NCBI GenBank assembly: GCA_054661495.1 | Contig: BAAFSQ010000214.1 | Span: 1-17,286 of the forward strand | Reading direction: 5' to 3' | Source of the DNA: Zygophlyctis sp. KS116 | Lineage: Eukaryota; Fungi; Chytridiomycota | DNA length: 17,286 nt | Part shown: piece after piece, positions 1-13,323 of the stretch | Layout: each line of letters begins with the position of its first letter | Position numbering within the stretch: the stretch's first letter is position 1 | Position numbers and translations under genes: made by a program | The notes under the pieces: model-generated | What the model saw: only the letters and a program-made list of their open reading frames with translations | The model's database searches: none | Told to the model about the DNA's origin: nothing

Positions 1-125
1 GTAATGACTGTTTTAATATGGTCATGAATGCTGAAAATCCAAAATGTCCCTGGTGTCGGCAAAAATTAAAAAAGAAACCAGAGGCGAAAAGAAAATTTCC
101 AAGATTTTTTGGTATCAGACGATAA
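1..125 (+). CDS. 3' end of a RING-finger protein (partial; probable E3 ligase)
   Basis: The frame starting at base 3 reads (C)NDCFNMVMNAENPKCPWCRQKLKKKPEAKRKFPRFFGIRR*, with stop TAA at 123-125. CxxC...CPxCR is the C-terminal half of a RING domain. Not in the ORF track. Confidence 0.75.
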   Translation, partial: NDCFNMVMNAENPKCPWCRQKLKKKPEAKRKFPRFFGIRR

Positions 126-288
126 CATTCAAAAACAATGATAAACATTTTTTCTAGCAATTCATAAATTTTTAATTTACTCATAATCATTTTATTTTGA
201 TACTGATTTAATTGTCTGATTGTCGAATCGGACATCGGGAACGGTCGGTCTGTCCGTGGATTTGTAGGTGAAAGCGTAGGATATTTTA

Positions 289-1420
289 ATGACTGGGAAC
301 AATCCAAATGCTATAATTTCAAATATTGTCATTACTGCGATATCTATCGGTGCTGCAAAGTTTTTGGTTGATGCCGGAATAGAATTATACTCATCGCTCA
401 CTAGACAAAGGCATGGGCCAAGACTGATGAAGCTCTTGAATCGAATGAAATCGCAAAACATAAAACTGAATCAATACGAAGAGTTGATAGCCACCGAAGT
501 TATTTTTCCTGAAGATATTGATGCTACTTTTTCTGATATTGGAGGGCTCGATTCAGTTATTGGAAATTTAAGAGAAACGGTTTTACTTCCTCTATGCCAT
601 GCTGCATTCTTCTCTAGACATCTCAGCCCACCAAAAGGAGTTCTTCTCTATGGTCCTCCTGGTTGCGGTATCTAAAAATAATTTAAATCTAGGTAAAACT
701 CTCTTGGCAAAGGCAATTGCAAAAGAAGCTGGAGCAGTTTTTATTAATTTACATATTTCAACTTTAATGGATAAATGGGTAATTTTAAAACACTAATAAA
801 AGTTTGGTGAATCTCAAAAGTTGGTTAATGCTGTTTTTTCACTTGCTAGAAAAGTTCAGCCATGTATAATATTTATTGTAAACTATTTAAACTTTTAATA
901 TTAGGATGAAATTGATTGTTTTCTACGAGAAAGATCAAAGGGAGATCATGAAGTTACTGCAATGATGAAGGCAGAATTTATGACACTTTGGGATGGTTTA
1001 GAATCTAGCATTGATACATCTAGAATTATAGTTTTAGGCGCAACAAATTTACCAAATAGTTTAGATCCTGCTATACTTCGAAGAATGCCAAAAAGATTTC
1101 ATATAGGATCTCCTGATTTAAATCAAAGAATTCGTATTTTAGAGCTATTACTAAAGAATACTTTATTAGAGCAAGGTCTAACTGTACAAGAAATCGCGGA
1201 ATGCAGTAAAGGATATTCTGGAAGTGATTTAAAAGAAATGTGTAAAAGTGCTGCATTTGTACCTATTCAGGAACTTATTAGATCTCACAAGGGTTCTGTT
1301 CAAGATTTGGATCTCTCAGAGTCTGTAAATTTAAGACCGTTAAAGTTTCGGGATTTTTTCCCTGCCCAACAGAAAATAGGAATGGTTGATAGAGATTTAA
1401 CAGTAAATGATTTGGATTAA
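289..1420 (+). CDS. MSP1: Msp1/ATAD1-like AAA+ ATPase, 351 aa after splicing
   Basis: Introns 668-692 (25 nt), 779-802 (24 nt) and 878-904 (27 nt) restore Walker A GPPGCG|KT, DKW|FGESQKLV and Walker B IIFI|DEID. Also MMKAEFMTLWDGL, GATN and LRRMPKRF, plus an N-terminal hydrophobic anchor and NQYEELIA...TFSDIGGLD, all typical of Msp1. Confidence 0.92.
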
Positions 1421-1495
1421 ATCTTTTGAATATTAATTTTTTATTTTTTATTTCTAGTAATCATAGCATAGACTTTATATACCGTCTAGAGTTAC

Positions 1496-1568
1496 CATTC
1501 AGAGGGTTGTCTGAATGAGAGCGGTCAAGAAGCCGCAGATTGTTTCAGATAAACGATCAGCGTTCTGA
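1496..1568 (+). promoter_or_regulatory. Candidate 5' leader hairpin plus 17-codon uORF upstream of the CCCH gene
   Basis: CATTCAGA (1496-1503) pairs with TCTGAATG (1510-1517) around a 6-nt loop. The 3' arm contains the ATG (1515) of MRAVKKPQIVSDKRSAF* ending at 1568. The main ATG is at 1615. Confidence 0.3.
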
Positions 1569-1614
1569 CTCACGAGGCTCAAGGCTGAAACATCAAATTT
1601 TACTCTTTTCTGGA

Positions 1615-2748
1615 ATGCCATCAAGAGATTATCTATCTACTCCTCCCCCTTTGAGTGGGCATCAAAATGGATCTGAATTACCAAATGCCAATGAAGCACC
1701 CCTGACTCCTGCTACTCCAAAGCGACCAGAGAAAAAGTCTTCGCTTTATAAAACTGAGCTGTGTAGATCTTGGGAAGAAACTGGGCAATGTCGGTAAGTG
1801 CTCTTCCAGAATCTTATCAATAGATATGGAAACAAGTGTCAGTTTGCTCATTCAGGGAATGAATTGCGATTGATTGATCGACATCCAAAGTACAAGACTG
1901 AAATGTGTAAGACATTTTGGGATAGAGGAACTTGCCCTTATGGAAAGAGATGTTGTTTTATTCATAATGAAAAAGATAAGATTTTAGAGTATCAAATGGC
2001 TCAAAAGAAATTGGCAGAAGAAGCCGCTAATGAAGTTGAACAACAAGACTTGAATCCTCATGCTACGCCTCAGGCTTCAAATGGAGAGTCTCCGGAAACT
2101 TCGCCTGCGCTCTCAGTAGCATCAGAAGTACGGCCAATAAGAAGAAAAACTACATTGGAAGGTTCATCTTTTCCTTTTCTATTGGAAAGTGGTTCTCCTA
2201 TGGAAAATGGAAATATTTCTGGAATTGAATCATCTCCTGTTTTTTCTAGAAGATCTACAATACTTCCTCCCGGAATCCCATTAGACCCTATTCAGGATTT
2301 ATCTGATATTCTACAAGAGACCTATTTGGATTCTACATTAAGGGACGATGTCATTTTTAGAGATATTATCAATTCTGATGATCATTTGGCGTCTTCTCCC
2401 TCTATCTCAATTCCAAAATCTCATGATGTGACTCATGGGCGTTCAAGCTTTTTGTCTCAGCAATTTTTATCTCCTCCTCGCTCTAGTCATGGCTTAGGTT
2501 TTTCTAATGTAATTTCCCCTACTCTTGGTTCTGGATTTAGTAATGGTGATATATTTGAAGATAATTCTTCATCAGCCATGGAACCTTTTAATGATGATAT
2601 ATTTTCAAAATCATGGTCAGCTCATTCAGTTGGACAACGGCATCGCCGGACTAGAACATTTACAGAGACTTCGGCTGGTGGGTTTGCATCAAATCAATAT
2701 TTGGGATTAACAAATTTGGTCCCTTTAGATGAAAATATTGGTTTCTAA
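1615..2748 (+). CDS. Tandem CCCH zinc-finger mRNA-decay factor (TTP/Zfs1/Cth1-2 family), 367 aa
   Basis: Fingers [17 protein letters not shown]|YGNKCQFAH and [26 protein letters not shown], each with a YKTE lead-in. The 30-nt intron 1794-1823 (GTAAGT..TAG) joins finger 1. Ser/Pro-rich disordered tail. Confidence 0.9.
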
Positions 2749-2923
2749 TGCTCGACTTATTTTTATGCTTTTTATCTATTACCTCAGTTCGCTGTGCATT
2801 ACCCGCAATATGATTATTTTTAAACTGTAGTGGCTAAATAAATTAAAAAGTAATTATTAATAGTGATGCACTGATCAACGTAATTTCCCGGACAATCTTA
2901 AATTCCCGTATAATATTTATTAT

Positions 2924-5923
<3,000 letters not shown>

Positions 5924-5957
5924 TTGCGTCGTAAAACTTACCAATTTGCGCGTTTTG

Positions 5958-6153
5958 ATGCGACTCCGAAAGTCTTTTAGATCTGTAAGTCTAGTTATTA
6001 ATAATCAAGGTCAAGAATGCAATCAAAGATTTAATGCAAAACTCAAATGGAACTGCATCAGAAATATCTGTAAGAGCTGATAAAATCCAAGATGAACCCA
6101 TGGAAAAGCTTCAAAAAGATTCAATCGCTGAATTAAGAAAGAAATCTGCTTGA
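5958..6153 (+). CDS. Candidate spliced 56-aa microprotein of unknown function
   Basis: Exon 5958-5984, then a 25-nt intron 5985-6009 (GTAAGTCTAGTTATTAATAATCAAG), then exon 6010-6153. Product: MRLRKSFRSVKNAIKDLMQNSNGTASEISVRADKIQDEPMEKLQKDSIAELRKKSA*. It stops 2 bp from the stop codon of the convergent methyltransferase. Confidence 0.55.
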
Positions 6154-6155
6154 AT

Positions 6156-7187
6156 TTATGATTTCTTAAATTTGCAAATAAAAAATCCTTGATATTGTGA
6201 GTCTGGAAAAATTCTGAGAAATCTATTGTCCGCCAATGCAAAATGAGAAAATGATTGCAAGCTGCATAATTCCAAATCAGCATGTCGTTCTAGAAAAGTG
6301 TTTGCAATCCCTTCATTTTCAATAGAGTTTAATGTGCAAGTAGAATATACGAGTGACCCTCCTGTAGATAATAGAGAATAAGCAGCCTCCAAGAGTGCAG
6401 ATTGTAATCGGGCATACTTTTTGACTCCTAAAAGAGACCAATCACGATAAGATTTGGGATCCTTTAGAGATATAATTCCTTCTCCTGAACAAGGAGCATC
6501 AAGTAGAATATAATCAAAGGGTAGATCAAAAGATTTAGAGGAATTTTTATCAGTGATTTCATCCTTTTCCAATATCTGAAACTTTCTAGCATCTGCAGAT
6601 CTAATTTCTAGTCTGGATTTGAGATTTCTAGGAACCAGGGTATTCATGTTACGATAAAGTCTACTTAATCTATCTGAACTAATATCATTTGCAATTAGAG
6701 TGCTGTTTTGATTAGTGTCACCAGTATGTAGGGATTCTAATGATTCTAGTAACTGAAATGTTTTCCCTCCTGGAGCTGCACACATGTCTAGTACTCTAGA
6801 TCCTGGGGTTGGATTTAATATAATAGGAGGGATCATTGATGAAAGAGACTGAAAATGAATTTGTCCGGATGTATGACATGGTAAATGGTAAAGATCGTTG
6901 ACCTGTGCATCTGCTTCAGTAAGAATAAAAGCTCCCGAATTCCATTCTTGTTTGGAAATGTTTGATTTGAATTTTTTAAATCTTAGATATTCTTGGATAT
7001 CATTGAGGATTTTAGATTCTAGAGCTTTATCAGTTTTAGGGACCTTTAAGCGATTAAATCTAAATGATGTTTTTCTGGGTGTATTGTATGATTTAATTAA
7101 TGCATCAAGCTGACCTGGAGTATATTGATCTTTAAGGCATTCTAATAAACTGGACAGTAACTCTCTACCTTTTCTAATAGATGTCAT
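6156..7187 (-). CDS. RsmB/RsmF/NOP2-Sun family RNA (cytosine-5) methyltransferase, about 343 aa
   Basis: Motifs QSLSSMIPP, VLDMCAAPGGKT, LLDAPCSG (motif IV Cys), VYSTCT (catalytic motif VI Cys), ENE and GFFI. No intron is needed. A possible but unconfirmed upstream exon starts at ATG 7259 via an atypical 30-nt intron 7194-7223. Confidence 0.9.
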   Translation of the reverse strand: MTSIRKGRELLSSLLECLKDQYTPGQLDALIKSYNTPRKTSFRFNRLKVPKTDKALESKILNDIQEYLRFKKFKSNISKQEWNSGAFILTEADAQVNDLYHLPCHTSGQIHFQSLSSMIPPIILNPTPGSRVLDMCAAPGGKTFQLLESLESLHTGDTNQNSTLIANDISSDRLSRLYRNMNTLVPRNLKSRLEIRSADARKFQILEKDEITDKNSSKSFDLPFDYILLDAPCSGEGIISLKDPKSYRDWSLLGVKKYARLQSALLEAAYSLLSTGGSLVYSTCTLNSIENEGIANTFLERHADLELCSLQSFSHFALADNRFLRIFPDSQYQGFFICKFKKS

Positions 7188-7393
7188 CAACTGCTACAAA
7201 CTCTACGGGTCAAGCTGTAGTACAAGGCGCTGACAAATCTGCTGATTAGATCTACTCATCGTATGAATTAGATACACCGTACGCATCATTAACGAAAAAT
7301 AATACTAATGGATGCATTATGATGGTAAATAAGTTACTGAATGACATATTATTCTTTCACATGATCGACAGTGGGACGTCACAAAAAACATAA

Positions 7394-8983
7394 ATGGCAT
7401 CATGTAATACTTGTTTAGTATGGACAAAGCTTCAGTCAATGAAATGGGTAACTTTTGTTTTCTCTTGTCTGTGTATGGCTACTGCTGGAACGATCAGTAC
7501 CTTTGCAGTGTTTTCTGAAGGACTTCGGACAAAATTTAATTTTGGCACAAGTGATGTGAATCTAATCAGTTCTTTTGGAACTTCATCTCTATATGTATCA
7601 TTACTACTTATTGGTCCAATTTATGATAAATTAGGTGTTAAATTCACAATGGTAATTATCACAGTCTAAACCATAGGTAATGGGAATGGCAGCTCATTTG
7701 ACTGGATATCTTTTACTATGGGCTGCTTACGATCAAAGAATATCAATAGAACCTTCTCCAGTAATTCTTGGAGCATTTTATTTTCTGGCAGGATACGGTG
7801 CCGTTTGCTTTTACATGTCATCAGTTGGAGTTAATGTTATCAATTTCAAAGCCAAATATATCGGATTAGTGACTGCTTTTCTATTGTTATCATATGGTAT
7901 GTCTGGATCTATATATTCGCAAATATTTTCATTTTTCTATGCAGATATTGGTGATGGTAAGAGTGATATTCCAGGATATCTACTCTTTATTGCGATCAGT
8001 GGAACAGTTATCAATTTTATTTGTACAGTTTTTATGTTTTCAGTTTCTCAAACTATGGAGAATAAACTCTTGGAAGAGTCTAAAGGGACATCAAAGAAGG
8101 AACCTTTACTCCCAGCTGCAATAAAATCATCAGAGATCAAGCAGAATGATGATTTTGAAATTCCTTTAATCGATAGAAAAGCACCTCAAACGTTATATTC
8201 AAATCCTGATCCAGAGTCTGCCAATACAGCAGTAGTTCTTACAGAACAGACACAATCAGAAGAACCTCCCGATAATTCGCTTACTCCTGGTCAAATCTTA
8301 ATGACAGGAGTGTTCTGGTTATATACAATCACATATACTGTCCAGCAAGGGTTTTCATATGTGACTAATATATCGTTTATCATAAAAGCGATTGAAGGTC
8401 CGAATGCAGATCCCACTTGGATAGCTAAAACTGCAGCAGATCATATTACTCTTTTCTCTGTTGCTAATAGTGCAGCCAGATTTTTGTTTGCTATTCTTTC
8501 TGATATTATTGGAGATAAATTGGGACTCGATCGCTCCTTCTTATTGATTATTGGTGAACTTATCATGTTCATCCCTCAACTTGCATTGGCAATTGGAACA
8601 GATGCAATAGATGTTGGTAATAATGTACTCTGGATGTGCTCATTATTCGTTGGCGTTGGATGGGGAGCAGGTGGTGCCTTATTTCCTTCATTGACAAGAG
8701 ATTTTTTTGGTATGAAAATTGATGTATTAAAAATCAAGGAACAAAATATTATGGAACAGCGAGCGGTTTTATAATGACTTCAGTACCAATAGGCATCGTA
8801 TTTTCTAATCAGATATTTGGTGCATTCTATGATATGGAATCTTTAGCACAAGGCTCAAATGATGGTCAATGTTATGGAAAAACTTGTTATCAAAGCGCTT
8901 TTGTAGTGAGCTCTGTTCTTCAACTAATTGCAGTCATTCTATCAATTGTTTTATTTAGATTCAGAATGACAAGATCAAGATAA
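7394..8983 (+). CDS. MFS transporter, nodulin-like/Mch1-like, 511 aa
   Basis: Introns 7652-7676 (25 nt) and 8710-8738 (29 nt). Two hydrophobic halves separated by a hydrophilic loop. GPIYDKLG motif, LTRDFFG|TKYYGTASG, and IFGAFYD...QCYGKTCYQSAF, characteristic of nodulin-like MFS. Confidence 0.87.
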
Positions 8984-9034
8984 TAATAGAATCCCTTGTT
9001 TCGGAATTTCACGCGTACCTCTCTGCCTCATTTA

Positions 9035-9385
9035 ATGTCCTCTCGGTTATCAGCACGAGATGAGCTAGCAAAGAGCATCGGCTTCTGTCCAAAAGGTAAT
9101 GCATAATATTGATAATCATGAGATGCCATGGGATGGCTCTACGCAGCTCGTGGATACTATAAACTCAAAAAATATCATAATGTAATAGAATGCGTAGCAG
9201 CAGCACTTCGAAATGAAAGGACCAAAAGAGAAGCACAACATCTTTTAGCATTTTCACTTTTAAATACAGGACAAAATGAATCAGCAGCTGCTGCATTTTT
9301 CAAATCAATCAGTCTAGGAAATGATACTGATTGGCAACCTTTAGTGGAACTATTTTTAGACGAACCCAAACTAAAATTGACTTAA
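9035..9385 (+). CDS. Small TPR-like helical-repeat protein, 107 aa
   Basis: ATG 9035 (MSSRLSARDELAKSIGFCPK|DAMGW), with a 27-nt intron 9096-9122 that carries an in-frame stop. WLYAARGYYKLKKY and AQHLLAFSLLNTGQNESAAAAFFKSI fit the TPR consensus. Confidence 0.7.
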
Positions 9386-9969
9386 AAACAATTATTCTTT
9401 GGACATATACGTTGATGTTGCCTTACATAAGTTCTTCTAGCAAATTGTTTAGAACATTCAGGGCATCCAAACCTTTTGAGACCAATGTGCGAAGACGCAT
9501 AATGAACCTTGAGATTACTTTTTCTGGTATATAATCTTGGGCATTTTGGACAAGCAAATTTCCCATCACTATTCCTATCTACTAGATCTAGCCATTCTAA
9601 TCTATCATCGTTCCATTTCTGTCTTGCTGTGATTGTCCCAGTTATTCTCAACTGTTTAGTTGCAGATGTTGTCTTGACTAGACTTGATTCAGACTTTGCA
9701 TCATCAGACTCTGGAGGCGTAGTCATTGTAAACTGATAAATAGATGGATTTAATACACCATCGAATAAATCTTCCAAATCATTAAAACCATTAGAAATTG
9801 GAGATGGATTTTGAATTTTCTCTGGGGGATCTAGAATGGGAATTTCACTAGACATTCCTAGTAAATTAAAAAAGAATGATTTTTCATCTGAATCCAAGTC
9901 CAGGGGTTGATTTGACATTGAAACAATTATTTTAACAATAGTCCAGGGTAAGTACTCATGTTTCACCAT
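9382..9969 (-). CDS. Two-finger C2H2/C2HC zinc-finger protein, probable transcription factor
   Basis: CPKCPRLYTRKSNLKVHYASSH, linker IGLKRF, then CPECSKQFARRTYVRQHQRIC. Acidic N-terminal region. The start may instead be ATG 9918. Confidence 0.85.
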   Translation of the reverse strand: MVKHEYLPWTIVKIIVSMSNQPLDLDSDEKSFFFNLLGMSSEIPILDPPEKIQNPSPISNGFNDLEDLFDGVLNPSIYQFTMTTPPESDDAKSESSLVKTTSATKQLRITGTITARQKWNDDRLEWLDLVDRNSDGKFACPKCPRLYTRKSNLKVHYASSHIGLKRFGCPECSKQFARRTYVRQHQRICPKNNCF

Positions 9970-9973
9970 TGAA

Positions 9974-10017
9974 AAAATTTGCTAGTCACGAAAATTTGCA
10001 TCTTGAAAATTTGCATC
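9974..10017. promoter_or_regulatory. Repeated motif in the divergent promoter between the C2H2 gene and chitin synthase
   Basis: GAAAATTTGCATC occurs exactly at 9990-10002 and 10005-10017, with a partial AAAATTTGC at 9974-9982. An SCB-like CACGAAAA lies at 9987-9994. Confidence 0.5.
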
Positions 10018-10024
10018 GTATTAA

Positions 10025-12735
10025 ATGGCTGATCAAGCGACTGATAAAGAACGGCTCTTATCAGACAATGGTCAACAAAATATTAAGCATACATATTTAC
10101 CCAGGCATGCACAGATATTAACTAAATCCAATCAATCTGCATTGTCTGTTCAGATCCCAAGCGATTCAAAAAATGGAAATTCTTTTACTGCAATTCCAAT
10201 CGATTGCATTGACAATTACTCTGAGATTTCGGATGCTGAAAGTATTGCTCATTCTAATAGTATCTATAATCAACCGGTCATGGGGCGACCATTTGGTAGT
10301 AGTTTTCAGCAGTACAAACCAAATCCTCCTTATCGTCAACCAATCAGAAAACCAACGGTGCGTCATATACCTTTGACTCGTCAAGGGAACTTGGTGCTGA
10401 ATGTTCCAGTTCCTGATCGAGTTTTACAGAATCAAGACGGGAAAATTGATGAAGAATTCAAATATATGAGATATACGGCGGTGACTTGTAATCCTGATGA
10501 TTTTCTGGCTAGAGGATTTTCTCTAAGACAACAGGAATGGAATAGACACACTGAATTATTTATCGTTATAACAATGTACAATGAAGATGAAAAGCTTTTT
10601 TGTAGATCAATGACAGCTGTTATGAATAATATTATATATCTCTGTAAAAGACGAAAGGATTCAATGTGGGGGAGAACAGGTTGGCAAAAAGTTGTCGTTT
10701 GTATAGTTGCTGATGGGAGATCTAAAATTGATCGACAAGTTTTAAATGTTTTAGGAATCATGGGAGTATATCAAGATGGAGTTATGAAGGATCATGTGAA
10801 TGAAAAGGCTGTTACGGCTCATATTTTTGAATATACAACTCATATTGTTGTAACACCAGATTTTAAAGTAAGAGGAGCTGAAGAGGGAACTGTTCCAATT
10901 CAAATCTTATTTTGTTTGAAAGAGAATAATGCCAAGAAGGTATAATTTATTATCATAATATTTATAGATTAATTCTCATCGATGGTTTTTTAATGGTTTT
11001 GGGCCTCTAATTAGACCAAATGTTTGTGTATTAATTGATGTGGGTACAAAACCAAATAATACTTCAATATATCATTTATGGAGAGCTTTTGATAAATATC
11101 CTTCTGTTGGTGGTGCATGTGGTACGATTATAAAACTTTACATTCTAGGTGAAATATATGCTGATTTAGGGACATGCTGGTGGAAACTGATAAATCCCCT
11201 TGTAGCTGCTCAGAATTTTGAATACAAAATGAGTAATATACTCGATAAACCATTAGAATCAGTATTTGGATATATTAGCGTACTTCCTGGTGCGTTTTCG
11301 GCCTATAGGTATGTGGCGTTACAAGGACGACCTTTGATGCAATACTTTAAGGGTGAAGCATTGCATGGTCATAATAATATTGCCGATGCTAACATGTACT
11401 TGGTAAAGTTATAAATTTATTCAACCTCTAGGCTGAAGATCGTGTTCTATGTTTTGAGATTGTCACAAAGAGAAATCAAACTTGGTATTTAAAATACGTG
11501 AAAGCTGCAAAGGCTGAAACCGACGTTCCTGACAAGGTTGCTGAATTTATATCTCAACGTCGTCGCTGGTTAAATGGGACATTTTTTGCAGGATTTTACT
11601 CATTTAAACGTTGGTATGATATTCTTGATTCTGGCCACAATATATTCCGTATACTTGCTTTTGCAATTCAAACAATTTATAATGCTGTCATTCTTCTCTT
11701 GAATGTAAGTCATTGGGTCAATTTATAATATATAGTGGATTATGTTGTCCAGTTTTTACCTTGCGTTTCACTTTATCGGAAGTCACAAATATCTTGGTAA
11801 TTTATCGAATGATCCTTTTTATGGATATGGTGATACTATATACCCTGCATTAGAAGGGCTTTATGTCGTGTCTATTATTCTCGTTATTGTATCGTCTCTT
11901 GGAAATCGCCCTCAATCTTCAAAATGGATATTTATTCTTTGTATTTGGCTTTTTGCTATTATTATGGCATCAATGATATATGCAAGTGGTTTTAATATCT
12001 ACTTGAATATAATTCAGATAAAAGAACAATGGAAAGGAATACAAACCATTATCCAATTTTCTGCTTCTCGTGATTTGCTGATAGCTTTTGCTTCTACATT
12101 TGGTATATATTTTGTCAGCTCGTTACTCTATCTTGATCCTTGGCACATGTTTACCAGTTTTATTCAATACACTCTTTTGTATCCAAGCTATGTCAACATA
12201 TTGAATGTATATGCATGTAAGTTTTATTTTTATAATTTTTAGTCTGTAATATTCATGATGTTACTTGGGGAACAAAGGGAGACAATACAGCTGTCTCTTT
12301 AGGAGAAGCCAAAATGGTTAAAGGGAAAGATGGATTAAATATGGTATCTATGGAACTTGCAGATCGTAAAAACATTAATGCAAACTATAATCTTTTCTTA
12401 AAAGATTTAGCAGGTCCTCGTCAGAAAGTTAATGAACAAACAAATCAGAATCTTACTCAGGATGATTATTTTCGCAAGTATCGTACTGCTGTTTTGTTAA
12501 GCTGGTTCTTTACAAATGGTCTGATTATTGTTGCCTTCACCAATCGTAAACTCTCGACATTAATTTATGGTTGGTTTGGTGTATCAGAAGATGAATCTTT
12601 TCATCCATATTTAAGGGTAATATACTTTCAAAATTAATTTCAAAGCTTTTATTTTATACATTAGCCGGTATCTCAGGCATCAGGTTTTTAGGTTCTATTA
12701 CCTATATTATATTTTACATTGTGTTATGCTGCTAG
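10025..12735 (+). CDS. Chitin synthase, division 1 (class I-III type), 846 aa
   Basis: Motifs [26 protein letters not shown]|INSHRW, GGACG|[20 protein letters not shown]|AEDR, QRRRW and AF|[12 protein letters not shown]. Six introns: 10940-10967 (28), 11122-11148 (27), 11403-11431 (29), 11705-11735 (31), 12217-12242 (26) and 12617-12645 (29). Confidence 0.96.
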
Positions 12736-12780
12736 CACTTAATAAATTGATAAAGTTCAAGATCAGGTTAGGTCTTGCAA

Positions 12781-13323
12781 ATGGCAATACATCGTCTTTG
12801 CAGATTGCTATCTAGCAAACGTAGCGATATTCTATCCAAGTATGAACTCTTTCCGTCATCTACCGCTCCAAATCAGCTAATCACATCCGTTGGAAACTAT
12901 GGACTAACAATTGGAAATGTATCACTAAGAGGGCCGGTAATTATTCACTTGGGAAAGATGTTCTTATGGGATGTCCCACTGTATGGAGTTGGAGGTCGAT
13001 CATCAAAAGATCCACAAGTAAATGATCCAAATTCACCCTTTCATGAATGGAGCTGGGAGGCATTTGATATATTTGATGCAGTAGATCCATCACCTGAAAT
13101 CTTGGTAATTGGTTCAGGTGCAAAAACATATCAGTTTCCTCAGGTATTTACTCAGAAATTTCAAAAGTTGGGAATTCAATTAGAAATTAGCGATTCTAAG
13201 AATGCATGTGCTACTTATAATCTTTTATCTAAAGAAGGGAGACTAGTCTCTTGTGCAATTATTCCAGCGATACCAACTAGTGCAAAAACTGGTAAAACTC
13301 TTGTTGATCTCTTTAAATTGTGA
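12781..13323 (+). CDS. NDUFAF3: NDUFAF3/Mth938-domain protein (complex I assembly factor 3-like), 180 aa
   Basis: PEILVIGSG...LGIQLEISDSKNACATYNLLSKEGRLVSCAIIP is the Mth938/DUF498 signature. The basic N-terminus is consistent with a mitochondrial presequence. First ATG is at 12781. Confidence 0.85.
   Translation: MAIHRLCRLLSSKRSDILSKYELFPSSTAPNQLITSVGNYGLTIGNVSLRGPVIIHLGKMFLWDVPLYGVGGRSSKDPQVNDPNSPFHEWSWEAFDIFDAVDPSPEILVIGSGAKTYQFPQVFTQKFQKLGIQLEISDSKNACATYNLLSKEGRLVSCAIIPAIPTSAKTGKTLVDLFKL

Noticed and set aside
2749-2923. AU-rich element for autoregulation of the CCCH gene, and a Reb1-like TTACCCG
   Set aside because: The only TATTTAT (2914-2920) abuts the next gene's ATG in AT-rich DNA. 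TTACCCG also occurs inside coding sequence. Neither is distinguishable from chance.
7181-7249. Plus-strand 22-codon ORF MSSTATNSTGQAVVQGADKSAD
   Set aside because: Too short, has no splice link to the MFS gene, and overlaps the methyltransferase start.
9941-9985. ACTTACCCTGG (minus) resembling the U1 snRNA 5' end, or GTAAGT..TAG (plus) as a 38-nt 5' UTR intron
   Set aside because: The U1 match is imperfect with no downstream U1 structure. The 38-nt intron is outside the observed range and cannot be verified without cDNA.
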